A stretch of DNA of 64,000 nt from Candidatus Azambacteria bacterium (GTDB lineage: Bacteria; Patescibacteriota; Minisyncoccia; GWC2-36-17; WO2-46-25). Shown here piece after piece: positions 40,858-49,444 of the stretch (position 1 is its first letter; every line of letters begins with the position of its first letter). The stretch covers positions 5,801 to 69,800 of the forward strand of contig JACRAK010000019.1 in NCBI GenBank assembly GCA_016234725.1, in the 5' to 3' direction. The translations under genes were made by a program, and so were the position numbers. The notes below the pieces were generated by a model. The model did no database searches and was not told the origin of the DNA. It saw nothing but the letters and a program-made list of their open reading frames with translations.

Positions 40858-42096
40858 ATGAGAAGAAGAAAAAGAATGGATGATGTGATAGCTTTTTTGC
40901 TTGCAGGAGGAAGCGGGAATCGTTTAAGGCCGCTGACCTCTGATCGGGCGAAGCCGGCTGTGCCGTTTGGCGGGAAATGGTTCATCATTGACCCGGCCTT
41001 GTACAGTCTGTATCATTCCGGACTAAACACGATAAAGGTGCTGACGCAATACAACAGTCAGCCGCTCATCCAGCATATATCCCGGTGTTGGCCGCGAAGA
41101 CCAAATGCCGAGGATTATGTTGAGGTCATTCCCGCGCAGCAGCAGACGGGAGGCGACTGGTATACGGGTACCGCAAACGCAGTTTTCCAGAACATCGATG
41201 TTTTGTCTCAAGGGCAGGATTTCGAGATCGTTGCGATCTTTGCCGGCGACCACATCTTTAAATTCGATGCGAGCCAGATGCGGGAGTTCCATGATGCGAA
41301 AAAAGCTGATTTTACCATCTGCGGTATGGAACTTCCCGTGCACGAGGCCGCCGGAAGATTCGGCGTTATCGTCGTGGACGAAAACAGCAAGGTGCTCGAC
41401 TTTCAGGAAAAGCCGAAGCACCCCGCCGAGATCCCGGGGAAACCGGGATTCTGTTATGCGAGCATGGGCAACTATATCGCTCACGCGAAAATTCTTCGCG
41501 AGGTTCTTACGGAAGATGCAAAGAATACTACGTCTTCGCACGATTTCGGGAACGACGTGATCCCCACGATGATCCGGGGCGGACTTGGCGTCTACGTGTA
41601 TAACTTTGCCGAGAATAAAGTGCCGGATCAGGAAAGGCCGTATTGGGTCGATGTGGGAACTATAAGCTCCTATCACCAGGCCAATATGGACCTGGCGGGA
41701 GAAAACCCCGCGTTGAATTTGTATTCTCAAGAGTGGCCGATCATGACCCCTCCGGACAAGGAGCCGCCCGCAAAACCCGCGAGGCGGTCGACCGTGGAAT
41801 ATTCTCTTTTCAGCGGAGGAGATATTCTCGATGGAACATCCGTTTTTCATTCAGTGCTTGGGAGAAGAGTGATCGCAAGCTTCTGTTCAAAAATAACAGA
41901 ATGCATTCTCTTTGACCGGGTGATCGTTGGCGAAGGGGCGGAGGTGTCTCGTACCATTGTGTGCGAGGACGTTATCATTCCTCCTCGTACTAAAGTGGGC
42001 TTTTCAAAAGAGGCAGACCGGAAGCTCGGCATTGTCATTGACCATGACAGCGGCATTCGGGTCATACCTCGGGGATTTAAATTCCCCAATAAGTAA
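40858..42096 (+). CDS. glgC: glucose-1-phosphate adenylyltransferase (ADP-glucose pyrophosphorylase)
   Basis: LAGGSGNRLRPLTSDRAKPAVPFGG…LTQYNSQPL signature. C-terminal left-handed beta-helix. RBS aaggagg. Confidence 0.8.
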   Translation: MRRRKRMDDVIAFLLAGGSGNRLRPLTSDRAKPAVPFGGKWFIIDPALYSLYHSGLNTIKVLTQYNSQPLIQHISRCWPRRPNAEDYVEVIPAQQQTGGDWYTGTANAVFQNIDVLSQGQDFEIVAIFAGDHIFKFDASQMREFHDAKKADFTICGMELPVHEAAGRFGVIVVDENSKVLDFQEKPKHPAEIPGKPGFCYASMGNYIAHAKILREVLTEDAKNTTSSHDFGNDVIPTMIRGGLGVYVYNFAENKVPDQERPYWVDVGTISSYHQANMDLAGENPALNLYSQEWPIMTPPDKEPPAKPARRSTVEYSLFSGGDILDGTSVFHSVLGRRVIASFCSKITECILFDRVIVGEGAEVSRTIVCEDVIIPPRTKVGFSKEADRKLGIVIDHDSGIRVIPRGFKFPNK

Positions 42097-42114
42097 TTGC
42101 ACAAGAAATAAATT

Positions 42115-42146
42115 AAAAAACCAGGGATAATACTCCCTGGTTTTTT
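42115..42146 (+). terminator. intrinsic terminator (aaaaaaccagggataatactccctggtttttt)
   Basis: Perfect hairpin plus U-tract after glgC. Confidence 0.7.
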
Positions 42147-42305
42147 AATTTTAAACACCTGTGAATAATGCGCGCGTGAAATAATTGACAAAACAGATCT
42201 TTTGGTATACCGTGTTACACAAAGAATGTCCGTTTAAAGAGGTACAAGCCCATTGAAAACATATGATACGATCCCGCCGCCGAGGATATCGGGGAAGGAG
42301 GAGAA

Positions 42306-42908
42306 ATGGAAAGAAAAATGAAGAGTGGAGACAGGATAATGCTGGAGTTCTTCGTGCAGAACGGTCTTCTGTATGAGGCGCAACAGGCAGTAAAAGCATC
42401 CGGAAGGAATATGTTTCCGGAGGAGCTGGAAATGATCATAAGGGCCTGCTTTAAGAAGGGGTTGCTGTTTGTCGCTAAAGAGGCGATCGGGTTTCTTCCC
42501 GGAGAAAGTGAAAAAAACTTTTATCTCAGGATGCTCAGCATCTCTTGCTTAAAGAAAGATCTTTTGGACGTTGCAAGAGAGGTGATCGAGCTTCTTCCTC
42601 AGGGAAAGAAGAAAACCCTCTATCACGCCAAACTCCTCATCAATACCTGTATTAAAAATGGCAAGCTGGATGAGGCCGCGCAGGCGGCAAAGCTTCTTGG
42701 CAGGGATCTCGCGCAAGAGGAGGTGGAAAAAATCATCATGATCTGCCTCAAAAACCGCTGGCCGAGTGAAGCGAGTAACGCAATTAAGCTCCTTCACGAT
42801 AAAGAAGCCAGGATCTGCTACTACGAGAAAATCCTGACTGTGTATCTTGAGGAAGGGCTATTTGAAAGTGCTAGAACCGTAGCGCAGGAGTTAAATTGCG
42901 CAGAATAA
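42306..42908 (+). CDS. hypothetical alpha-helical repeat protein
   Basis: Helical repeats of about 35 aa (…LL.VA.EAI…). Confidence 0.4.
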   Translation: MERKMKSGDRIMLEFFVQNGLLYEAQQAVKASGRNMFPEELEMIIRACFKKGLLFVAKEAIGFLPGESEKNFYLRMLSISCLKKDLLDVAREVIELLPQGKKKTLYHAKLLINTCIKNGKLDEAAQAAKLLGRDLAQEEVEKIIMICLKNRWPSEASNAIKLLHDKEARICYYEKILTVYLEEGLFESARTVAQELNCAE

Positions 42909-42927
42909 ATCAAGAAGGAGGAGTTGT

Positions 42928-43167
42928 ATGAAAGAGAAGAAATGTAAGCATTGCGGGAAGAAGGTGAAAGGCGATCATTACTGCTTGCCTCTCGGAAGAA
43001 CTGTCTTCTACGAGAGTACGGATGATTTTACGCCATCATTCTTGGCGGGTCTCACGGGGGATTATACGAGTGGCAATGCCGACTCCGGCACGGGCGATTG
43101 CGGGCCGGGCGACAGCTCTGGCGGCGGTGGTTCCGATTCGGGCGGATGCGGCGGCGGAGGAGATTAA
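42928..43167 (+). CDS. small Cys-containing protein with Gly/Ser/Asp-rich tail
   Basis: CKHCGKK…HYC N-terminus; CGPGDSSGGGGSDSGGCGGGGD tail. Confidence 0.4.
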   Translation: MKEKKCKHCGKKVKGDHYCLPLGRTVFYESTDDFTPSFLAGLTGDYTSGNADSGTGDCGPGDSSGGGGSDSGGCGGGGD

Positions 43168-43171
43168 CGCT

Positions 43172-43543
43172 ATGAATAAAGATCGTAAGCTAAGGACTGT
43201 TGAGGCGAACAAAAACGCTACATGCGAAAAGCAGTTTGGAAGGGTGGGCGAGTACCTTGTTAAATATGTACGAGTACACAATGCTCCAGATCACGCGCAG
43301 CACGTTGTCGCTCAGGTAGCCGTGAATAACAAGGTCATTTGGAATTTCAGAGATGAACATTCCAAAGACCTTGCGTATTTTCTTGAATTGGACGGGACCT
43401 GTTGCATCTGTCTCGTTTCCAAAAAGAAAGAGTTAAGGAGGGTCATTTGGCTTGATGCTCTCCACGCGAAAATCGAGCAGGAGGAAAGGATAAAAGAGCT
43501 GGAAGTTCTTGCAAAAAAGAAGCTAAAAACCCTCTTGGGATAG
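43172..43543 (+). CDS. hypothetical protein
   Basis: Start chosen at MNKDRK 4 nt after the previous stop. The list ORF from 43022 overlaps the upstream gene. Confidence 0.4.
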   Translation: MNKDRKLRTVEANKNATCEKQFGRVGEYLVKYVRVHNAPDHAQHVVAQVAVNNKVIWNFRDEHSKDLAYFLELDGTCCICLVSKKKELRRVIWLDALHAKIEQEERIKELEVLAKKKLKTLLG

Positions 43544-43554
43544 AGGGAATACAG

Positions 43555-43597
43555 AAAAAACCAAACCGCCAAAGCGAAAGCTGAGGCGGTTTTTTTA
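43555..43597. terminator. bidirectional intrinsic terminator (aaaaaaccaaaccgcc…ggcggttttttt)
   Basis: Lies between convergent genes. A- and T-tracts flank the hairpin. Confidence 0.65.
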
Positions 43598-43614
43598 TTG
43601 CGCGAAACGACGGG

Positions 43615-44022
43615 TTATTTCTTCTTTGAGGCCTTTTTCGCGCTGTGGGCTTTGGAGTGGGGAGCGGCGGTGGCACGCGCGATCTCTTTTGCAATACCTT
43701 TCCAGTGGTCTTTTAATTCGCCGACGAACTCAACAACATCTTTCGGGTCAAGGCGTTCGAGTGTTTTATATTTACCCGCGACTTCCTTGATGATCTTGTG
43801 ATAGGTTGCCTCGTCTACTTTGGAAAGCTTTTCGAGTTGTTCGAGCACTTCGCCTCGCGCTTTGAGCGACCACGCTTTGACCTGTTTGCGCCGTTTCGAC
43901 GCATTCTTTGAGCCGTAGAGGAAATATGTGCCGGCAATAGCGGCGGCCGCAACCGCGGCAAGCCCTGCGCCTACTGCTGCCTTATTGATCGTGGAGCCCG
44001 CTTTTTTTGCCCGTTTTGCCAT
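43615..44022 (-). CDS. hypothetical membrane-anchored Lys-rich protein
   Basis: N-terminal TM (AAVGAGLAAVAAAAIAG). Confidence 0.45.
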   Translation of the reverse strand: MAKRAKKAGSTINKAAVGAGLAAVAAAAIAGTYFLYGSKNASKRRKQVKAWSLKARGEVLEQLEKLSKVDEATYHKIIKEVAGKYKTLERLDPKDVVEFVGELKDHWKGIAKEIARATAAPHSKAHSAKKASKKK

Positions 44023-44042
44023 AGTATGAATTATTAATTACA

Positions 44043-44369
44043 TTATTTAAGCTCCTTTTTCTTTCGCTCTATTTTCTGCCGCCGCATGAACAAGGCAAGG
44101 AAATAGTCGAGGATCGATTTGGCCTTCACCCCTTCTTCTTTTACCGCACTGCGCAGTTCATCAATGTCCTGTGCAAGCTTATTTCCCTCTTCTCTCGCCA
44201 ACTTCGAGAGGTGGCGCATATCTTTTAATATCGGAATGATATAGATAAGCGCGACCCCGAAGCTCACCGTAAGAAAGATGACGAAAATACTGGTGATGAA
44301 AAAAAAGATGTCCGCCTTAATAAGTGTTCCCATGTGTTTTATTGTAACATATGGAATAAAAATATCCAC
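44043..44369 (-). CDS. hypothetical small membrane protein
   Basis: N-terminal TM helix followed by a charged helical tail. Confidence 0.4.
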   Translation of the reverse strand: MDIFIPYVTIKHMGTLIKADIFFFITSIFVIFLTVSFGVALIYIIPILKDMRHLSKLAREEGNKLAQDIDELRSAVKEEGVKAKSILDYFLALFMRRQKIERKKKELK

Positions 44370-44447
44370 TTTTTATGCTTGACGCAGGGGGTTTCAGGAG
44401 TATGCTTAATGGTAGAGCGGTTTATTATTAACGGAGTATATATACCT

Positions 44448-44801
44448 ATGGATGTTCAAAATACTAATGCCCCGGCGGAAGGAAGCGCCCCGCAGAAAAC
44501 AGCGGAGAAGAACGTGCTTATGGCGGTGCTTGCATATATCGGGCCGTTGATCATTGTTTCATATGTCACCGCAAAAGACGACGCTTTTGTAAAATTCCAT
44601 ATCAAACAAGGGCTTGTGTTGTTTGTTATCGAGCTTGGGGTGTGGGTCCTTGGCATGATGCTGTGGCAATTATGGCCGCTTCTTAGCATAGTGAATCTCG
44701 CCACCATCGTGCTTTCTATCATCGGGATCATCAATGCCGTAAAAGGCAAAGAAGAACAGCTTCCTTTGGTAGGGAAGTTTTCCCAATATTTTCCTTTATA
44801 A
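44448..44801 (+). CDS. hypothetical small membrane protein
   Basis: Start chosen at MDVQNTNAP; 3 TM helices. Confidence 0.4.
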   Translation: MDVQNTNAPAEGSAPQKTAEKNVLMAVLAYIGPLIIVSYVTAKDDAFVKFHIKQGLVLFVIELGVWVLGMMLWQLWPLLSIVNLATIVLSIIGIINAVKGKEEQLPLVGKFSQYFPL

Positions 44802-44934
44802 ATATCCAAGACATAATTGTTTGGTTTGGCGTGTGTGTTGTATTGAGATAGTTCGAAAAAATCCACCCGATGAGGGCGGATTTTTAGCAGGGAACCACCT
44901 AGAGTATCATATAAAAAGCTGGTAAGATGGCCTT

Positions 44935-46593
44935 ATGACCCAAGAGCAAGCGCTCTCTATTTTGAAAACCGGGGCGAATGTTTTTTTGACCGGCGCTCCC
45001 GGGTCCGGCAAGACGCATACGGTGAACGAGTATGTGGCATATTTGCGCGCACGGGGCGTTGAGCCGGCGATCACCGCTTCCACCGGCATCGCGGCGACGC
45101 ACATCGGCGGGATGACGATTCACTCGTGGAGCGGCATCGGTATCAGAACAAAATTAAGCAATCTCGGATCGATCGCGACAAGCGACTATATCGCAAAGCG
45201 CGTCCGGCGCGCTAAAGTTCTTATTATAGACGAAGTGTCCATGCTTGCTCCCGGAACGCTCGCGATGGTTGATGCGGTCTGTCGAGAGATCAAGCAGAGC
45301 GAGGACCCGTTTGGGGGCATTCAAATCGTTATGGTGGGCGACTTTTTTCAATTACCGCCGATCGTGAAAGTGGAAACAGAAGGAAGCGTACAGGGCGTGC
45401 TGATCGAAGAAACGGCGGCTCGTTTCGCGTATGATTCTTCCGCATGGGTGCGGGCGCGTCCGATCGTCTGTTATCTCACTGAACAGCACCGGCAGGACGA
45501 CACCATTTTCCTTAATTTGCTTTCCGCGATCCGGTGCAACGCTTTTAGCGGTGATCACCTTGGACATCTTGAAACGAGAAGAGTTTACCCATTCGACTTC
45601 GCTCATGGTCAATCCCGAGCTTGTCGAGGGGTCGAGCGTCACACCGCGCCACAGAGCGCTCCCAAGCTTTTTTCTCACAACATTGATGTGGATCGCGTGA
45701 ACGATGAAATGCTCGCAACGCTTTCCGGTAAGTCGCATGCGTTTGGCATGTCGTCACAGGGCCCACATGCCCTTGCCACAGCGCTTCAAAGAGGGTGTCT
45801 TTCGCCCGAGACGCTGTATCTTAAAATAGGCGCATCGGTGATGTTCACCAAAAACAACCCCAAAGAGGGTTTTGCAAACGGCATGCTCGGCGTCGTTGAG
45901 GCGTTTGACGCAATAAGCGGGTATCCGATCATCGTCGCGCGCAACGGAGTACGGATCACGGTTGAGCCAATGGATTGGACCGTGGAGGAGAACGGCAAAG
46001 TCCGTGCGCGCATTGCCCAGCTACCGCTTCGCCTTGCGTGGGCCATCACGGTGCACAAAAGCCAAGGGATGAGTTTGGATGCGGCGGTGATGGATCTGAG
46101 TGCGGTATTCGAATTCGGGCAGGGATATGTCGCGCTCTCTCGAGTGCGGCGGCTTTCGGGTTTATATCTTTTGGGCTGGAATGAGCGTGCGTTTTTGGTG
46201 CACCCCGATGTAGTAAAGAAAGACGAGTCATTTCGAGCGGCTTCCTTCGGCGCTGAAGCGGAGTTTTCTGATATCTCGCCGACAAAACTGCAAAAGATGC
46301 AGGAGGATTTCATTATCGCGTGCGGCGGGAAGAAGCGCGCGAAACGACGGACGTCGGACGTCCGTCATCGGGTATCCGGTGTTCAGGAGGGCAAAAACGG
46401 AGGAGGCGGAAGGTTCGATAAGTTGAGAGAAAAACATCCGAACGCCTATCGTCCGTGGGACAAAGCGCAGGATAAGAAATTGGAGGAGCTCTTTGCCGAA
46501 GGCGTTGCTACGGCTGATCTCGTAAAGACATTTGGCAGAAAAGGAGGAGCTATTAGGTCGCGTCTTATCAAGCTTGGTCTTGTGGAAGAATGA
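44935..46593 (+). CDS. Pif1/RecD-like ATP-dependent DNA helicase
   Basis: Walker A LTGAPGSGKTHTV, motif II IIDEVSML, and a C-terminal helix-hairpin-like tail. 552 aa. Confidence 0.75.
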   Translation: MTQEQALSILKTGANVFLTGAPGSGKTHTVNEYVAYLRARGVEPAITASTGIAATHIGGMTIHSWSGIGIRTKLSNLGSIATSDYIAKRVRRAKVLIIDEVSMLAPGTLAMVDAVCREIKQSEDPFGGIQIVMVGDFFQLPPIVKVETEGSVQGVLIEETAARFAYDSSAWVRARPIVCYLTEQHRQDDTIFLNLLSAIRCNAFSGDHLGHLETRRVYPFDFAHGQSRACRGVERHTAPQSAPKLFSHNIDVDRVNDEMLATLSGKSHAFGMSSQGPHALATALQRGCLSPETLYLKIGASVMFTKNNPKEGFANGMLGVVEAFDAISGYPIIVARNGVRITVEPMDWTVEENGKVRARIAQLPLRLAWAITVHKSQGMSLDAAVMDLSAVFEFGQGYVALSRVRRLSGLYLLGWNERAFLVHPDVVKKDESFRAASFGAEAEFSDISPTKLQKMQEDFIIACGGKKRAKRRTSDVRHRVSGVQEGKNGGGGRFDKLREKHPNAYRPWDKAQDKKLEELFAEGVATADLVKTFGRKGGAIRSRLIKLGLVEE

Positions 46594-46642
46594 CCGGGGT
46601 GGTATGTGGTATAATGGAGGCATTGATAATTAACGAAAAACC

Positions 46643-47044
46643 ATGAAAAAAGGATATAAGGACAGCATCGAAAAGCTCACGCTTGAGAACGAAAACTTCC
46701 GCAAAGTGCTCTATACCGCCGCGTATTGCCAGCTGGTACTGATGTCGCTCAGGCCGCTCGAAGAGATCGGCTCCGAAGTGCATGAAGGCGGAGACCAATT
46801 CTTCCGCTTTGAGAAGGGGGAGGGGAAGGTGGTCATTAACGAGACCGAATACACCGTCGGCGACGGCGATACCGTTATCGTGCCTGCGGGCGCGACGCAT
46901 AATGTTATCAATACGTCGGAAACCGATGCCCTGAAGCTCTACACCATTTACGCGCCGCCGCATCATCGCGACAGCATTATCAGGATCACCAAAGAAGAAG
47001 CGGAAGCCGACGGGCCGGAATTTGACGGCACCACAACGGAGTAA
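46643..47044 (+). CDS. cupin-domain protein
   Basis: Cupin motifs around EVHEGGDQFFRFEKGEG…DGDTVIVPAGATHNVIN. Confidence 0.6.
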   Translation: MKKGYKDSIEKLTLENENFRKVLYTAAYCQLVLMSLRPLEEIGSEVHEGGDQFFRFEKGEGKVVINETEYTVGDGDTVIVPAGATHNVINTSETDALKLYTIYAPPHHRDSIIRITKEEAEADGPEFDGTTTE

Positions 47045-47147
47045 GAGGGCTTTACAGAGTCGTATTTATCTGATATACTAGCAAACGTGTCAAAGCACTA
47101 AGAGGCATAGTCGAGTTTCTAGGCAAAAATAACAAATTTATAATCAC

Positions 47148-47345
47148 ATGGAAGGAACAATCAAGACACTTACGGACAGAGGATTTGGTTTCATTGCTCG
47201 CGAAGGCGAAGCGAAAGACCTTTTCTTTCATTCCAAGGAATTGAATGGCGTGACATTTGATGAGCTTAAAGTAGGCGATGTCGTCTCTTTTGAGGTCGCA
47301 GATGGTCCGAAAGGCCCGAGCGCAGTAGGCGTATCGCGCGCATAA
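47148..47345 (+). CDS. cspA: cold-shock protein
   Basis: 65 aa; GTIKTLTDRGFGFIAREGEAKDLFFH (RNP1/RNP2 motifs). Confidence 0.85.
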   Translation: MEGTIKTLTDRGFGFIAREGEAKDLFFHSKELNGVTFDELKVGDVVSFEVADGPKGPSAVGVSRA

Positions 47346-47360
47346 TACCGCCGATTCTCA

Positions 47361-47396
47361 AAAAACCACCGTGTCAGACGCGGTGGTTTTGTTTTT
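47361..47396 (+). terminator. intrinsic terminator (aaaaaccaccgtgtcagacgcggtggttttgttttt)
   Basis: Hairpin plus U-tract after cspA. Confidence 0.7.
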
Positions 47397-47488
47397 CTGA
47401 CAGTGTAACGATTTTGCGCGCTCTGCGTCTGGAATTATGCACCGAAGCTGGGCGTTTTGTCGTAGTAGTATTATAAGCATGGAGATCC

Positions 47489-47920
47489 ATGGGCTTCCAT
47501 TATAAAAATTTCATAGCAGCGGTAATGGTGTGCATTGCGGCGTTCGGCAGCTTTTTTTCGTTCGTGTATTCTGCGGAACAAAAGAAAAGCGCGGCAAAGA
47601 AAGAGGATGTGATCGTAGCTGAACCGGAAAAGCAGTACGACAAAGAGGAGGTAACGCGCATACATGAAGCGATCGTTGCCGGGAGAAAAAAATTGCTCGT
47701 CGATGAAAAGAAACGTGCCGCCGCGGCAAAGCAAAACACACCGGTCGCGTATGCGCAGGGCGCAATAACCCCGCCGCTTCCCGCGGTTGCGCCGGCCGCG
47801 TTACCGTCGGTGAGCGTTGTTACCATTCCTCCGTTGCCTGTGGCGCCCACTCTCGCACCGATTGTGACTGCACCCACGCGGACCGCGAAGGCAACACAGC
47901 CGCGCACTACGGTCTCATAA
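47489..47920 (+). CDS. hypothetical secreted Pro/Ala-rich protein
   Basis: Signal peptide and a low-complexity P/A/V tail. Confidence 0.4.
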   Translation: MGFHYKNFIAAVMVCIAAFGSFFSFVYSAEQKKSAAKKEDVIVAEPEKQYDKEEVTRIHEAIVAGRKKLLVDEKKRAAAAKQNTPVAYAQGAITPPLPAVAPAALPSVSVVTIPPLPVAPTLAPIVTAPTRTAKATQPRTTVS

Positions 47921-47928
47921 TAAAAAAT

Positions 47929-48465
47929 ATGAAAAAAATAATGTTTCTTTTGATGGCGGTAAGCATGATTTTTTTGCAGGGGATCATATCGCTTCCGTTT
48001 CAAACCAGCACCGTTCAAGCGAAAGAAGCAAAAAAATACTACGAAGAGGAAGAAGATGATGATGCATGGGAGCGGCAGGCGAAGGAACAGTATGCGCCAT
48101 CTTTTGAAGAACAGAGCGCAGAGGATGCGGCGCTTCTTGAGCGCCAGCAAGCGCTGGAACAACAGCGCCAACAGCAGCAGATGATTGACCAGCAAGCGTT
48201 ATTCGAACAGCAGCTTATCGCTCAACGCGCGGCAATAGAAGCGCGTCAGAAACAGCTTCAGGAACAGCAGGCGCTTCTTGCGGCGCAGACAGGCACGGAA
48301 CAGGCGGGCGCCGCCCTTGCGTATTTTTCAGATGCCGACCACGATGGCATTGATGATGCGAATGACCCGCACCCGGGCGAGCACGAAATGATATACGCGA
48401 TAAAAGATGATAATAGAAACGGCATCAGCGATGAACTCGAATACATCTACGACGCGGGATACTGA
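47929..48465 (+). CDS. hypothetical secreted Gln-rich coiled-coil protein with C-terminal Asp-rich Ca-binding-like motif
   Basis: Signal peptide, a Q/E-rich coil, and DADHDGIDDANDPHPGE (thrombospondin-type-3-like). Confidence 0.4.
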   Translation: MKKIMFLLMAVSMIFLQGIISLPFQTSTVQAKEAKKYYEEEEDDDAWERQAKEQYAPSFEEQSAEDAALLERQQALEQQRQQQQMIDQQALFEQQLIAQRAAIEARQKQLQEQQALLAAQTGTEQAGAALAYFSDADHDGIDDANDPHPGEHEMIYAIKDDNRNGISDELEYIYDAGY

Positions 48466-48499
48466 TCGGCTCGCCATTATTGAAAAGAAATTCCGCGCA

Positions 48500-49444
48500 A
48501 TGGGTACGGATGTTATTGTTGCTATCGTAAGCGCCGATGCGTGCGCCGCGCACGATGACGCGGACGATGCGGAGCGTGCGGTCGTGGATTTTGAAAAGCG
48601 GTTCAGCAGGTTTCTTCCCGCAAGCGAGCTATGCTCGCTGAATAAAAGCGGGGGCAAGGTGTGCCGCCCGAGCGCAGACATGATCGTTATGCTTGCGGCC
48701 GCGCAGCGCTGGCACGAGGATACCGGCGGCGTGTTTGACCCTTCGGTGTGCGAAGCGCTCGAAGAGCTCGGATATGACAAAAGCATTGATTTTGAGCATG
48801 GGTCGGTGCGCGAAGAGACAGATCAGGTTTTTGATGCGGATGCGCATCGACGAAGTTTTCAAACATGCCCGCGGTTTGCCGATATGCGCATCGTAATAGA
48901 AGAGGGAACGGTTGCGGTCCCGCGGGGGATGAAGCTTGATCTTGGCGGCATAGGAAAAGGGTATATCGTGGACGCGATGGCACAGCTCCTTCGAAAAAAA
49001 TACCGTGATTTTTGGATATCGGCGGGGGGAGATATGTTTCTTTCCGGGTACAATAGTGAAAACAAGCCGTGGGAGATCATGGTGCAAAACCCGCTCGACC
49101 TGAATAATGATATCGGGCGTATCACGATGGGCGACAAAAAAGAAATGGCGGTGGCGACATCGGGCGTGATGAAGCGCAAAGGAGTGAAAGGAGGGTTTGC
49201 GTGGCATCATATCATCGATCCGCGGACAGGCCTTCCCGCATCAAATACTATTGCCGCAGTAACGGTACTAGCGCCTACCGTGACCGCCGCTGATGTGTGC
49301 GCAAAGGTCGTGCTGATACTCGGAGAGAAAGAAGGCATTGATTTTATAGACCGCCGCGCCGATTGCGCATGTCTTACGGTTGATATGGAGGGGAAGATCT
49401 CATATTCCCGTACAATGAAAGAATATTTTGTGCCGGTTTCATGA
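48500..49444 (+). CDS. apbE: FAD:protein FMN transferase (ApbE family)
   Basis: FRAMGTDV start and LDLGGIGKGY motif. Start chosen at MGTD; the list ORF from 48407 overlaps the upstream gene. Confidence 0.8.
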   Translation: MGTDVIVAIVSADACAAHDDADDAERAVVDFEKRFSRFLPASELCSLNKSGGKVCRPSADMIVMLAAAQRWHEDTGGVFDPSVCEALEELGYDKSIDFEHGSVREETDQVFDADAHRRSFQTCPRFADMRIVIEEGTVAVPRGMKLDLGGIGKGYIVDAMAQLLRKKYRDFWISAGGDMFLSGYNSENKPWEIMVQNPLDLNNDIGRITMGDKKEMAVATSGVMKRKGVKGGFAWHHIIDPRTGLPASNTIAAVTVLAPTVTAADVCAKVVLILGEKEGIDFIDRRADCACLTVDMEGKISYSRTMKEYFVPVS

